From Macrostomum hystrix (taxonomy: Eukaryota; Animalia; Platyhelminthes), in contig CATNEN010000011.1 in the NCBI GenBank assembly GCA_950097015.1, positions 2,232,001-2,296,000 of the forward strand: 64,000 nt of DNA, in the 5' to 3' direction. The first letter of the stretch is position 1; every line of letters starts with the position of its first letter. The notes under the pieces were generated by a model, which had not been told where the DNA came from, did not search any database, and worked only from the letters and a program-made list of their open reading frames with translations. A program made the position numbers and the translations under genes. Below, piece after piece: positions 35,977 through 49,268 of this stretch.

Positions 35977-38900
35977 TCAGAGCCTCATGCCATCGTCAAC
36001 TTGGAACGCTTCGTTCTGAAATTGTGAATTTTTTCATATTGTTTGTTTTGCTGATTGTGTTTAAAGTAACAGCAAAGGTTATTTTTAATGGTACTTTTAG
36101 GCGTTAAAACTTGGTTAATCCCAATGGGATTTTATATTGATTAGTTATGATAATGTTATTTTAACAGAGGATAATCCTGATTAGGATTTTTTATTATTAG
36201 ATAAATGGGGAATTCTCAAATTGCCTAAGTAATGGGATTTCTTAGAGATTATATCTAGGTAATCCTTAGCCTTCAGTTAATCCCTAAGAAATCGATAAGG
36301 ATTATTGATTTGCCTAGAGATAATCCCTAGGAAATCGATAAGGATTATTGCCTCGAGTTAATCCCTAAGAAATCGATAAGGATTATTGCCTCGAGTTAAT
36401 CCCTAGGAAATCGATAAGGATTATTGCCTAGAGTTAATCCCTAGGAAATCGATAAGGATTATTACCTAGCGATAATCCCTAAGAAATCGATAAGGATTAA
36501 GGAACTACCCTAGGTTCATGGACTCACCACTTTAAACTTGGCCACCAAATTCGCTGTCTTTGTTTCTCTGCTGCCCATAGCATCAGCAGCGGCAGCAGCC
36601 TCGGTGTCAAACCCTGAAGTCGATTTCTCACCGTCATCGCCTCGACCCCAAGGGTCCACCTCGAAGCCGGGCACATAGTCGACCTCGCGTCGAAATCTCA
36701 CTAGGGCCGGGCCCCAGAATCTGGTTGGCCTCAGCAGCTGCCGCGGGTCGTGACGCAGTCGCCACACGGAGACGCCCGACCAGCCGAACAGGCCCGCCAA
36801 GACACTCAGAGTCAGGACCCAGCCGAAGGCCTGGCCGCCAATAGGCAGGACGGTGTCACCGTAGGATGACGGCTTGAACTTCACCCAGGAAAATATCAGA
36901 GTGATCTGCGAGCGGCGATAGAAAATTAAAGTACACTTTGTTGGATAAGGATCTGACAATGTAGAATGAGTCAGAACGACAACTACTATCTATCTATCTG
37001 TTTGCAGGGGGGCCCGGGGCACTTGTCGCACAAGCGACGGAGCGGCACGCCCCCAGACCGGCGAACTAGGCGCTTTTGCGCCCATCGCGCCGCCTCCCCT
37101 AAGCAGGCACCACACACAGCAGCACAGACCAGCCGGGGAGGGCAGGAGGCACCCAGAATAGGCAGCAGTGCCCCCCACCCCAGCCCCACACGCACATAGC
37201 AGACCAAGGCGGAAGGCTGATAAGAAATCAGTTCTCAGGGGGGGCCGCGTGATGAGTGTACACTTATCCAATCGCGCTGACGGAAATCCAGAAAGCGCGC
37301 GGCGGTGTACACCCGCCCTCCAGCCCCCGCAGGGCCTCACGCCCCAGCGCCAACGCACACAACTCACACAACGCAGAACAGGCACACAAAAAGGTAGGAG
37401 GTAGGAGGTAAAAGGTAGGCGAAGCTATTATTTCAAGCTTTGATTGCACGAAATATGCACCTCCGCCGGTCGCTACTGTCCAAACACGAAATTAATCGTG
37501 ACTTGAAGGGTAAATCGAACTAGCGTCCTTTGGAGTGCGAGGCAGCGACGTTAGCCGCTGACCCACTCGCCCCTTCAGAACGACAACAATTATTTTTATT
37601 ATTATCCAACAACACGAAATCCTATTTAATTAGAAAACTCTGTTTTAAACACAAACATTATTGAACTGCATAATAGAAATATAAATAATTGCAGAAGGGC
37701 TGCGGGCAATGGCACATCATTTGGTTGACACTAGACCCAGAGCCAGTGAGGAGGCAATTCTGCCCATTTCGCTGACTCCTGAGCACACACGCACACAGAT
37801 ACCGTACCTGTGTGATACACGCTCACACAGGTGTGTACATCTGCCCTGACTTTCTCATTGTCAGGCAGTGTACACTTTCGCTGTGCCTTTTGGAGGCTGG
37901 CCCTCAAGGGCGTCAATTGCACGATAAGCCCCCAAGCCTTCTTGTTGTGCGTCAAGCACTCTTTTCATTCCACTCAGTTTCAGCCGCCCACCAATCCATT
38001 TGTTGATGTGTGCCCTTGTTCTCACCCTCAGTCGACAACGCTGTCTTCCATACATAACACTTCTCTCCGCGGCTGCGCCCCAAATTAATGTGGCCTCATC
38101 GCTGAATCGAGCTCAGGGACCTTGGTGCGAGAGGCTAACCCTCCATTTAGATCCATAAAAGCCAAACATTAAAACACGAATCCCATCTACGAAAATACAA
38201 ATCCCATCCATTGAAACACAAATCCCATCCATTGAAACACAAATCCCATCCATTGAAACACAAATCCCATCCATTGAAACACAAATCCCATCCATTGAAA
38301 CACAAATCCCATCCATTGAAACACAAATCCCATCCATTGAAACACAAATCCCATCCATTGAAACACAAATCCCATCCATTGAAACACAAATCCCATCCAT
38401 TGAAACACAAATCCCATCCATTGAAACACAAATCCCATGCATTAAAACACAAATCCCATCAACGAAAACACAAATCCCATCCATTAAAACACAAATCCCA
38501 TCCATTGAAACACAAATCCCATCTACGAAAACACAAATCCCATCCATTGAAACACAAATCCCATCCATTGAAACACAAATCCCATCCATTGAAACACAAA
38601 TCCCATGCATTAAAACACAAATCCCATCAACGAAAACACAAATCCCATCCATTAAAACACAAATCCCATCCATTGAAACACAAATCCCATCTACGAAAAC
38701 ACAAATCCCATCCATTGAAACACAAATCCCATCCATTGAAACACAAATCCCATCCATTGAAACACAAATTCCATCTACAAAACACAAATCCCATACACAA
38801 AAACACAAATTTCATCTACAAAATACAAATTCCATCTACAAAAACACAATTCCCATCCATTGAAACACAAATCCCATCAACGAAAACACAAATCCCATCC

Positions 38901-41900
38901 ATTAAAACACAAATCCCATCAACGAAAACACAAATCTCATCCATTGAAACACCATCCCATCCATTGAAACACAAATCCCATCCATTGAAACACAAATCCC
39001 ATCCATTGAAACACAAATCCCATGCATTAAAACACAAATCCCATCAACGAAAACACAAATCCCATCCATTAAAACACAAATCCCATCCATTGAAACACAA
39101 ATCCCATCCATTGAAACACAAATCCCATGCATTAAAACACAAATCCCATCAACGAAAACACAAATCCCATCCATTAAAACACAAATCCCATCCATTGAAA
39201 CACAAATCCCATCTACGAAAACACAAATCCCATCCATTGAAACACAAATCCCATCCATTGAAACACAAATCCCATCCATTGAAACACAAATTCCATCTAC
39301 AAAACACAAATCCCATACACAAAAACACAAATTTCATCTACAAAATACAAATTCCATCTACAAAAACACAATTCCCATCCATTGAAACACAAATCCCATC
39401 AACGAAAACACAAATCCCATCCATTAAAACACAAATCCCATCAACGAAAACACAAATCTCATCCATTGAAACACCATCCCATCCATTAAAACACAAATCC
39501 CATGCATTAAAACACAAATCCCATACACAAAAACACAATTCCCATCTACAAAAACACAATTCCCATCTACAAAAACACAATTCCCATCTACAAAAACACA
39601 ATTCCCATCTACAAAAACACAAATCCCATATACTCGTACAAAAACACAAATCCCATCTACAAAAACACAAATCCCATCTACGAAAACGCAATTCCCATCT
39701 ACAAAAACACAAATCCCATATACTCGTACAAAAACACAAATCCCATCTACAAAAACACAAATCCCATCTACAAAAACACAAATCCCATCTACGAAAACGC
39801 AAATCTCTTCTAAAATTGAAATTATTGTGAAGAAGTCAATCTCTAAGATGGCATGTCATCTCACCCCAACTGTGACGGGAGTCAGGAAGCACCAGCAAGC
39901 CATCCACCACCATCGAAAATAGCGCCACGGTAGGCAGCCGGCAATCTTGGGTCCGGTCATGAGTTCGATGTCCTTGGTGAATCGCTGAATGCCATAGACA
40001 TAGCCGATGCAGGTGCACTCTAAGATGGTAATGACCATCACATTCCAAGCGCCGCTGTAGTCATCGAAAATGGTTAGCAGGTGTGGTCCGCCAGGTGCGC
40101 ACATAGACAGTCCGAGTAAGAATACCACAATGCAGAAGCCCAAAATCATCTTGGTTTTGTGAGGCCTCAGATGCGGCCACTGGTCAAGGATGCTTGTGAC
40201 TGCCGTTTCAACAAAGGTGAATTGCGAATCTAGACCCAGCGTGATCAGCATCAGGAAGAATAGAATGGCCCAGAATGTTGAACCTGGCAGCTTCATCAAC
40301 GCCTGGGGATAAACTATGAAAGCTAGGCCAACACCTGCAGATTTGGGATGCAGCGGAGTTGCTAATCTGATCAAGATGGATTGCTAATCTATGAAGATGG
40401 ATTGCTAATCTATGAAGATGGATTGCTAATCTATGAAGATGGATTGCTAATCTATGAAGATGGATTGCTAATCTATGAAGATGGATTGCTAATCTATGAA
40501 GATGGATTGCTAATCTATGAAGATGGATTGCTAATCTATGAAGATGGATTGCTAATCTGATCAAGATGGATTGCTAATCTGATCAAGATGGATTGCTAAT
40601 CTGATCAAGTTGGATTGCTAATCTATGAAGATGGACTGCTAATCTATGAAGATGGATTGCTAATCTATGAAGATGGATTGCTAATCTATGAAGATGGATT
40701 GCTAATCTATGAAGATGGATTGCTAATCTATGAAGATGGATTGCTAATCTATGAAGATGGATTGCTAATCTATGAAGATGGATTGCTAATCTATGAATAT
40801 GGATTGCTAATCTATGAATATGGATTGCTAATCTGATCAAGATGGATTGCTAATCTGATCAAGATGGATTGCTAATCTATGAAGATGGATTGCTAATCTG
40901 ATCAAGATGGATTGCTAATCTGATCAAGATGGATTGCTAATCTATGAAGATGGATTGCTAATCTATGAAGATGGATTGCTAATCTATGAAGATGGATTGC
41001 TAATCTATGAAGATGGATTGCTAATCTATGAAGATGGATTGCTAATCTATGAAGATGGATTGCTAATCTATGAAGATGGATTGCTAATCTATGAATATGG
41101 ATTGCTAATCTATGAATATGGATTGCTAATCTGATCAAGATGGATTGCTAATCTGATCAAGATGGATTGCTAATCTATGAAGATGGATTGCTAATCTGAT
41201 CAAGATGGATTGCTAATCTGATCAAGATGGATTGCTAATCTATGAAGATGGATTGCTAATCTATGAAGATGGATTGCTAATCTATGAAGATGGATTGCTA
41301 ATCTATGAAGATGGATTGCTAATCTATGAAGATGGATTGCTAATCTATGAAGATGGATTGCTAATCTATGAAGATGGATTGCTAATCTATGAAGATGGAT
41401 TGCTAATCTATGAAGATGGTTTGCTAATCTATGAAGATGGATTGCTAATCTATGAAGATGGATTGCTAATCTTTAGAAGCACGCACCGCTGTCAACCACA
41501 TTGGTGACTTCAGTGTTGAGCTCGTGAGCCAGGTATCCCAGAAAGCTGAACACCACAAAGCCGGCAAACACGGAGGTGGCGCAGTTGCAGACGCTGATGA
41601 GCATGCCATCCCGGATGCAGTCAGTCTTGAACCGGTTGTAACTGGCTAGAGTGATCAGGCCGCCCCAGCTGCTTGACAGCGAGAAGAAAATCTGCACAGC
41701 GGCGTCCTTCCACACGCCAGAGTCGGCCAGTCTGGACACATCCGGCGTCAGGTAGAATTTTAATCCGTTCCAGTAGCCAGGTAGGGTCACACCCCGGATT
41801 AGCAGGATAATTAGCACCACGTAGGGAAATAAGGCGGTGAAATAGACAACCTGGGCATGGATGATGAGAGAATGTACAGTGATTAAATTTGGTCATTCTA

Positions 41901-44900
41901 CTAAGCTTTCGTCATAATTCATAATATGTTCATTCCTTGGCATTTTGGTCATAATTCAAAACTGGTCATTCCTTGACATTTTGTTCATAATTCAAAACTG
42001 GTCATTCCTTGGCATTTTGTTCATAATTCAAAATTGGTCATTCCTTGACATTTTGTTCATGATTCTAAACTGGTCATTCCTTGACATTTTGTTCATAATT
42101 CAAAATTGGTCATTCCTTGACATTTTGTTCATGATTCTAAACTGGTCATTCCTTGGCATTTTGGTCATAATTCAAAACTGGTCATTCCTTGACATTTTGT
42201 TCATAATTCAAAACTGGTCATTCCTTTACACTTTGTTCATGATTCTAAACTGGTCATTCCTTGGCATTTTGGTCATAATTCAAAACTGGTCATTCTTTGG
42301 CATTTTGTTCATAATTCAAAACTAGTCATTCCTTGACATTTTGGTCTTAATTCAAAATTGGTCATTCCTTGACATTTTGTTCATGATTCTAAACTGGTCA
42401 TTCCTTGGCATTTTGGTCATAATTCAAAACTGGTCATTCCTTGACATTTTGTTCATAATTCAAAACTGGTCATTCCTTTACACTTTGTTCATGATTCTAA
42501 ACTGGTCATTCCTTGGCATTTTGGTCATAATTCAAAACTGGTCATTCTTTGGCATTTTGTTCATAATTCAAAACTAGTCATTCCTTGACATTTTGGTCTT
42601 AATTCAAAACTGGTCATTCCTTGACATTTTGGTCATAATTCTAAACTGGTCATTCCTTGGCATTTTGGTCATAATTCAAAACTGGGCATTCCTTGGCATT
42701 TTGGTCTTAATTCAAAACTGGGCATTCCTTGGCATTTTGGTCATAATTCAAAACTGGTCATTCCTTGGCATTTTGGTCATAATTCAAAACTGGGCATTCC
42801 TTGACATTTTGGTCATGATTCTAAACTGGTCATTTCTTGGCATTTTGGTCATAATTCAAAACTGGTCATTCCTTGGCATTTTGGTCATAATTCAAAACTG
42901 GGCATTCCTTGACATTTTGGTCATGATTCTAAACTGGTCATTTCTTGGCATTTTGGTCATAATTCAAGACTGGGCATTCCTTGGCATTTTGGTCATAATT
43001 CAAAACTGGTCATTCCTTGACATTTTGGTCATAATTCTAAACTGGTCATTTCTTGGCATTTTGGTCATGATTCAAAACTGGTCATTCCTTGGCATTTTGG
43101 TCATAATTCAAAACTGGGCATTCCTTGACATTTTGGTCATGATTCTAAACTGGTCATTTCTTGGCATTTTGGTCATAATTCAAAACTGGTCATTCCTTGG
43201 CATTTTGGTCATAATTCAAAACTGGGCATTCCTTGGCATTTTGGTCATAATTCAAAACTGGGCATTCCTTGACATTTTGGTCATAATTCTAAACTGGTCA
43301 TTTCTTGGCATTTTGGTCATGATTCAAAACTGGTCATTCCTTGGCATTTTGGTCATAATTCAAAACTGGTCATTCCTTGGCATTTTGGTCATAATTCAAA
43401 ACTGGTCATTCCTTGACATTTTGGTCATGATTCTAAACTGGTCATTCCTTCACACATTGATCATGATTCTACTAAAAGTCGGTCACTGCCTTCTGTGCTA
43501 ACCTTGCCAGAACTTTTGATTCCCTTCGACAGTGCCAGGAACACAATGACCCAGGCTAGGAGCAGGCAAAGTGACATGTCCCAGCGTAGCGGTCCCATGT
43601 TGGACAGACTGCCAAGCTTGTCCTGCAGAGCGACGTAGCTGCGGAATCGGAATCAGTTTCGATGGGTTTGTGTGCATCTGTATCTACTCTACCCTTTCAT
43701 ATCTACTTTACACTTCTGTATCTATTCTACCCTTCTGTATCTACTCTACCCTTCTGTATCTACTCTACCCTTTCGTATCTACTCCACACTTTCGCATCTA
43801 CCCTACCCTTCTGTCTCTACTCCACCCTTTCGTATCTACCCCACCCTTCTGTATCTACTCTACCCTTTCGTATCTACTCCACCCTTTTATATCTACTTTA
43901 CCCTTCTGTATCTATTCTACCCTTCTGTATCTATTCTACCCTTCTGTATCTACTCTTCCCTTCTGTATCTACTCTACCCTTTCGTCTCTACTCTAACCTT
44001 CTGTATCTAATCTACCCTTTCGTATCTACTCTACCCTTCTGTATCTACTCCACCCTTTCGTATCTACTCCACCCTTTCGTATCTACTCTACCCTTTCGTA
44101 TCTACTCTACCCTTCTGTATCTATTCTACCCTTCTGTATCTACTCTACCCTTCTGTATCTACTCTACCCTTCTGTATCTACTCTACCCTTTCGTATCTAC
44201 TCTACCCTTCTGTATCTTACCTTCTCTTATCTTCTATGACCAATCTATTAGTCTATTTATCTATCAGTCTATAAACCTATCAATCTATCAAGCATCAAAG
44301 AGATAGGCATATTGAGTGCTCAACAGCTCACTTCATGTACTCATTGCTGGAAGTTCTGGCTGAAACACCGTGCAGTTTAGCCAGGCTGGTATTGTAGATG
44401 CCGTACAGGTAGCTGATTGCGCTGCCGTTTGAGTCCAGGCCAGTCATCCAGCAGGTGCCATTTGAGTGGGCTGTTAGACTTGGCAAATTGTTGCAGCTTG
44501 CGTTCACAGAATGAAGCCGACCGCTGCAAACTGCGGGTGAAACCGTGGGACTAGATGCCAGGGCGAGAGTAGATATCAGACTGGGGTGAGACAGGAGAGT
44601 ATGTATCAGACTGGGGTGAGACAGGAGAGTAGATATCAGACTGGGGTGAGACAGGAGAGTAGATATCAGACTGGGGTGAGACAGGAGAGTAGATTTCAGA
44701 CTGGGGTGAGACAGGAGAGTAGGTATCAGACTGGGGTGAGACAGGAGAGTAGATATCAGACTGGGGGTGAGAGTAGATATCAGACTGGAGGTGAGAGTAG
44801 ATATCAGACTGGAGTTGAGAGTAGATATCAGACTGGAGTTGAGAGTAGATATCAGACTGGAGTTGAGAGTAGATATCAGACTGGGGGTGAGAGTAGATAT

Positions 44901-47900
44901 CAGACTGGGGGTGAGAGTAGATATCAGACTGGGGGTGAGAGTAGATATCAGACTGGGGGTGAGAGTAGATATCAGACTGGAGGTGAGAGTAGATATCAGA
45001 CTGGATGTGAGAGTAGATATCAGACTGGGGATGAGAGTAGATATCAGACTGGAGTTGAGAGTAGATATCAGACTGGGGGTGAGAGTAGATATCAGAATGG
45101 AAGTGAGAGTAGATATCAGACTGGAGGTGAGAGTAGATATCAGACTGGGGGTGAGAGTAGATATCAGACTGGAGGTGAGAGTAGATATCAGACTGGATGT
45201 GAGAGTAGATATCAGACTGGATGTGAGAGTAGATATCAGACTGGGGATGAGAGTAGATATCAGACTGGAGTTGAGAGTAGATATCAGACTGGGGGTGAGA
45301 GTAGATATCAGAATGGAGGTGAGAGTAGATATCAGACTGGAGGTGAGAGTAGATATCAGACTGGATGTGAGAGTAGATATCAGACTGGGGATGAGAGTAG
45401 ATATCAGACTGGAGTTGAGAGTAGATATCAGACTGGAGTTGAGTATAGATATCAGACTGGGGGTGAGAGTAGATATCAGACTGGGGATGGGAGTAGATAT
45501 CAGACTGGAGTTGAGAGTAGATATCAGACTGGGGATGGGTGTAGATATCAGAATGGGGGTAGAGTGCTCACGTTGTGTACTCCAACTGCCGCAGGTGGCC
45601 CAGGGCAGCGGGTTGCTGAACGAAGCGAACAGATACCACAGTGACCAGCTGATGATGATGTTGTAATAGATTGCCGCCAGGCTGGACACGAGCACCATGC
45701 CTACACCGATTCCTGTGTGACGGAACCGCGGTGAGACTGCTCAGACTGAAAAACTTGAAAAGACTCCAAGCATTACCTGCATTGAAAGGGAAATCCAAAA
45801 CACCTCAAGCAGAAGGGTAATCACAAGCCTCTGGGGCAGAAGGGATATCCCAAATCGTTTGAGCAGAAGGGAAATCCAAAATCTCTAAGTCAGAATGGGA
45901 ATCGCAAACCTCTTGATCAGAAAATAAATCCTAAACCTCTATTGTGAAAGGAAAATCCACACGCTTAGAGTATAAGGGAAATCCCAAACCTCTAACACAG
46001 AAGGGAAATCCCTACCTCTAATCCAGAAGGGAAATCCCAAACCTCTTACAAGGAAGGTAAATCACAAACCTCTAACACATAAAAGGGAATTCCCAAACCT
46101 CTAACAAAGAAGGGAAATCCCAAACCTCTAACAAGGAAGGTCAATCACAAACCTTGAAGAACACATAAATTGGAAATCCCAAACCTCCAACACATAAATG
46201 GGAAATCCCAAACCTCTAACTCAGAAGGGAATTCCCAAATCTCTAACAATGAAGGGAAATCCCAAACCTCTAACACGGAAGGAAAATCCCAAACCTTGAA
46301 GAACACATAAATGGGAAATCCCAAACCTCCAACACAGAAGGGAAATCCCAAACCTCTAACAAGGAAGGTCAATCACAAACCTTGAAGAACACATAAATTG
46401 GAAATCCCAAACCTCCAACACATAAATGGGAAATCCCAAACCTCTAACTCAGAAGGGAATTCCCAAACCTCTAACAAAGAAGGGAAATCCCAAACCTCTA
46501 ACACGGAAGGAAAATCCCAAACCTTGAAGAACACATAAATGGGAAATCCCAAACCTCTAACTCAGAAGGGAATTCCCAAACCTCTAACAAAGAAGGGAAA
46601 TCCCAAACCTTGAAGAACACATAAATGGGAAATCCCAAACCTCTAACTCAGAAGGGAATTCCCAAACCTCTAACACGGAAGGAAAATCCCAAACCTTGAA
46701 GAACACATAAATGGGAATTCCCAAACCTCTAACAAAGAAGGGAAATCCTAAACCTCTAACACAGAAGGGAAATCCTAAACCTCTAACACAGAAGGGAAAT
46801 CCTAAATCTTGAACACATAATTGGGAAATCCTAAACCTTGAACACATAATTGGGAAATCCTAAACCTCTAACACAGACGGGAATTCCCAAACCTCTAAGA
46901 CAGAAGGGAAATCCTAAACCTCTAGAAATAAAAAAGCCCTTATAAATCATAGACTTTTAGGTCAAAAGGGGAAATTAAAAAACTTCCTTGAAATTGAAAA
47001 CTTTCCATTCCAAAATGATACACAAAGAATTTATTCACAAATAACGAAGGCGAAATCCTTATGTCACGGCCGAATTAACAATGATCTCAAATGCTGCTCA
47101 CCACGAAACAGCGGAGCGCACTCCCAGCAGGTGAGCGGCCCCGCGCTGCTGAACTGCCCGATGGCCAGCTCCATGCAGAACACCGGCATGCCGCATAGAA
47201 ACAGAAAGATGCAGTACGGAATGAAGAATGCGCCTGCGGTGGGCGAATTTTAATGTATTCAATCTAATGTTCCCTCTCTAATAATTATCTTCTCTGTTTA
47301 TCGTCTTCTCTTCTCATCTTCTTTTCTCTTTCTAACCTATCTACCCTCTTTCAATATTGCTTCTACCCTTTCTTGCCTCTCCGAACTCATTCTCAAGGAC
47401 CAATGGTAGTTAGCTACTAGTTGTGGTCTACTATATTAATAGTCCTTACTCTTTCTAACCTTCCTCTCCTCTCCGAACTCTCTCTACCCTTCCTGCCCTC
47501 TTTCTTCCCGTTTTTCCAACTCTTTCTACCTTTCTACCTCTCTTGCAACAATTTTCTACTCTTTCTACCCTCTCCAAACTTTTTCTACCCTCTACAAACT
47601 CTTTCTACCCTCTCCAAACTCTTTCTACCCTCTCCAAACTCTTTCTACCCTCTCCAAACTCTTTCTTCCCTCTCCAAACTCTTTCTTCCCTCTCCAAACT
47701 CTTTCTACCCTCTCCAAACTCTTTCTACCCTCTCCAAACTCTTTCTACCCTCTCCAAACTCTTTCTTCCCTCTCCAAACTCTTTCTTCCCTCTCCAAACT
47801 CTTTCTACCCTCTCCAAACTCTTTCTACCCTCTCCAAACTCTTTCTACCCTTTCCAAACTCTTTCTACCCTCTCCAAGCTCTTTCTACCCTCTCCAAACT

Positions 47901-49268
47901 CTTTCTACCCTCTCCAAACTCTTTCTACCCTTTCCAAACTCTTTTTACCCTCTTTACCCTTTTTACCTTTCTACCCTTTTCAAACTCTTTTTACCCTCTC
48001 CAAACTCTTTCTACCCTCTCTAAACTCTTTCTACCCTCTCCAAACTCTTTCTACCCTCTCCAAACTCTTTCTTCCCTCTCCAAACACTTTCTACCCTCTC
48101 CAAACTCTTTCTACCCTCTCCAAACTCTTTCTACCCTTTCCAAACTCTTTCTACCCTCTCCAAACTCTTTCTACCCTCTCCAAACTCTTTCTACCCTGTC
48201 CAAACTCTTTCGACCCTCTCCAAACTCTTTCTACCCTTTTCAAACTCTTTTTACCCTCTCCAAACTCTTTCTACCCTCTCCAAACTCTTTCTTCCCTCTC
48301 CAAACTCTTTCAACCCTCTCCCTTTCTACTCTTTCTACCCTCTCCAAACTCTTTCTACCCTCTCCAAACTCTTTCTTCCCTCTCCAAACTCTTTCTACCC
48401 TCTCCAAACTCTTTCTTCCCTCTCCAAACTCTTTCTACCCTCTCCAAACTCTTTCTACCCTCTCCAAACTCTTTCTTCCCTCTCCAAACTCTTTCTACCC
48501 TCTCCAAACTCTTTCTACCCTCTCCAAACTCTTTCGACCCTCTGCCTTTCTACTCTTTCTACCCTTTCAACTACTTCTATCCTTTCTCCCCTCAGATTAC
48601 TATATTTCTACCAGATTTTTCCCAGAAATCTAGTTTTATTTTTCCCAAAAAATTCTCCCAAAAGTTGCGCCGAGTCTCACCGCCTCCATTTTTGTAGCAC
48701 AGATACGGGAATCGCCAAACATTCCCCAGTCCCACAGCGTAGCCGAGGCAGCTGAGAAAAAAGTCCAGCTTCCCGCTCCAGTTGCCGCGCTCCTGATTCT
48801 CGTCCTTCGGCGAGGATTCGGCGACAGTCTCGCCGTTGCCCACCAAGCGATCGCGCAGCTGAGTTCAAATGTGAATCGGAGTTTGATAGACTGATTTGAG
48901 CAAATCAATGGACCAGGGGAGAGATGAGACACGGGAGAGATGAGACAAAGGAGAGATAAGACAGGGTACTGTACGAGTCCGACTCGTAGGTCGGGAGGGG
49001 CAACAGGCCGGATTTGGGAGCTTCGAGCGCCGCATCTGGCCCGCACGCCGGCCGACCCGGCCCCTGCTCTAGTCCATGGACTCGGGGCAGGTGTAAATAA
49101 TGATTTTATATTATTATTATCAAGTAGTATAGTTACGAAGTATAGTTAATCTTGAAGTACATTTAACAATTATCACTATCAAGAACTTACCCAAATCGCA
49201 GCCTGCCCAACTCTAGCCCGCAATCTGGCAGCTTTGATGCAAGAACCATCACCAATGACACTGTCCAT
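35977..49268 (-). CDS. SLC6 Na+/Cl- dependent transporter, amino-acid subfamily (glycine/proline transporter-like), about 704 aa, 10 exons
   Basis: Exons 49268-49191, 48858-48681, 47233-47102, 45712-45572, 44530-44332, 43638-43503, 41850-41487, 40334-39865, 36905-36528, 36015-35977, phases consistent. [37 protein letters not shown] has Gly rather than the monoamine-transporter Asp in TM1. Also [46 protein letters not shown]. First and last exons are the least certain. Confidence 0.93.
36265..36510. repeat. 38-bp quasi-palindromic minisatellite taatccctaagaaatcgataaggattattgcctcgagt (last SLC6 intron)
   Basis: Period 38; internal TAATCC...GGATTA inversion. Confidence 0.88.
36984..37574 (-). 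mobile_element. tRNA-derived SINE family 2, intact insertion with 13-bp TSD
   Basis: Perfect direct repeat tcagaacgacaac at 36971-36983 and 37575-37587. Reverse-complement head ggggcgagtgggtcagcggctaacg...agttcgattt, GC-rich body and (GATA)n tail. Confidence 0.8.
37730..38150 (-). mobile_element. Dispersed repeat, probable SINE family 3; second copy at about 22620-22750 (+)
   Basis: gtgtacactgcctg..aatgagaaagtcag...cacacctgt...ttgcctcct...ggtctag is shared between 22650-22748 and the reverse complement of 37732-37875. A degenerate B-box (gagctcgattc) lies near 38105-38115. Confidence 0.5.
38155..39810. repeat. 21-bp minisatellite aaacacaaatcccatccattg with a 522-bp higher-order duplication
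   Basis: Identical translated variant blocks at 38627-38815 and 39149-39337. Confidence 0.96.
40350..41472. repeat. 21-bp minisatellite gattgctaatctatgaagatg
   Basis: Period 21 with recurring ctgatcaag variant units. Confidence 0.97.
41935..43470. repeat. 36-bp minisatellite ggtcattccttgacattttgttcataattcaaaact
   Basis: Period 36. Confidence 0.96.
43672..44225. repeat. 19-bp minisatellite tctactctacccttctgta
   Basis: Period 19. Confidence 0.93.
44565..45560. repeat. 24-bp (30-bp at the left end) minisatellite gagagtagatatcagactgggggt
   Basis: Six 30-bp units followed by 24-bp units. Confidence 0.96.
45785..46925. repeat. About 27-bp minisatellite agaagggaaatcccaaacctctaacac with higher-order blocks
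   Basis: Direct inspection. Confidence 0.9.
47500..48575. repeat. 20-bp minisatellite ctctttctaccctctccaaa
   Basis: Period 20. Confidence 0.96.
49068..49122 (+). mobile_element. SINE family 1 3'-end fragment
   Basis: agtccatggact..ggggcaggtgtaaataat followed by an attattatt tail matches the 3' end of the copies at 7310 and 23771. Confidence 0.45.

Noticed and set aside
36516-36527. SLC6 ending ...KFKVVSP* as in the ORF track
   Set aside because: A consensus GTGAGT donor at 36527 and a phase-0 terminal exon ([12 protein letters not shown]) at 36015-35977 fit better; the read-through form remains a possible minor isoform.
37200-37300. ctgataag/gtgatgag...gaaa as a hammerhead ribozyme
   Set aside because: The core does not match CUGANGA...GAAA, and I could not find the required stems.
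38113-39830. 539-aa KHKSHPL and MDGICVS ORFs
   Set aside because: 21-bp intronic minisatellite within the SLC6 gene.
41945-43501. Hydrophobic [12 protein letters not shown] repeat ORFs resembling membrane proteins
   Set aside because: 36-bp array on the antisense strand of an SLC6 intron.
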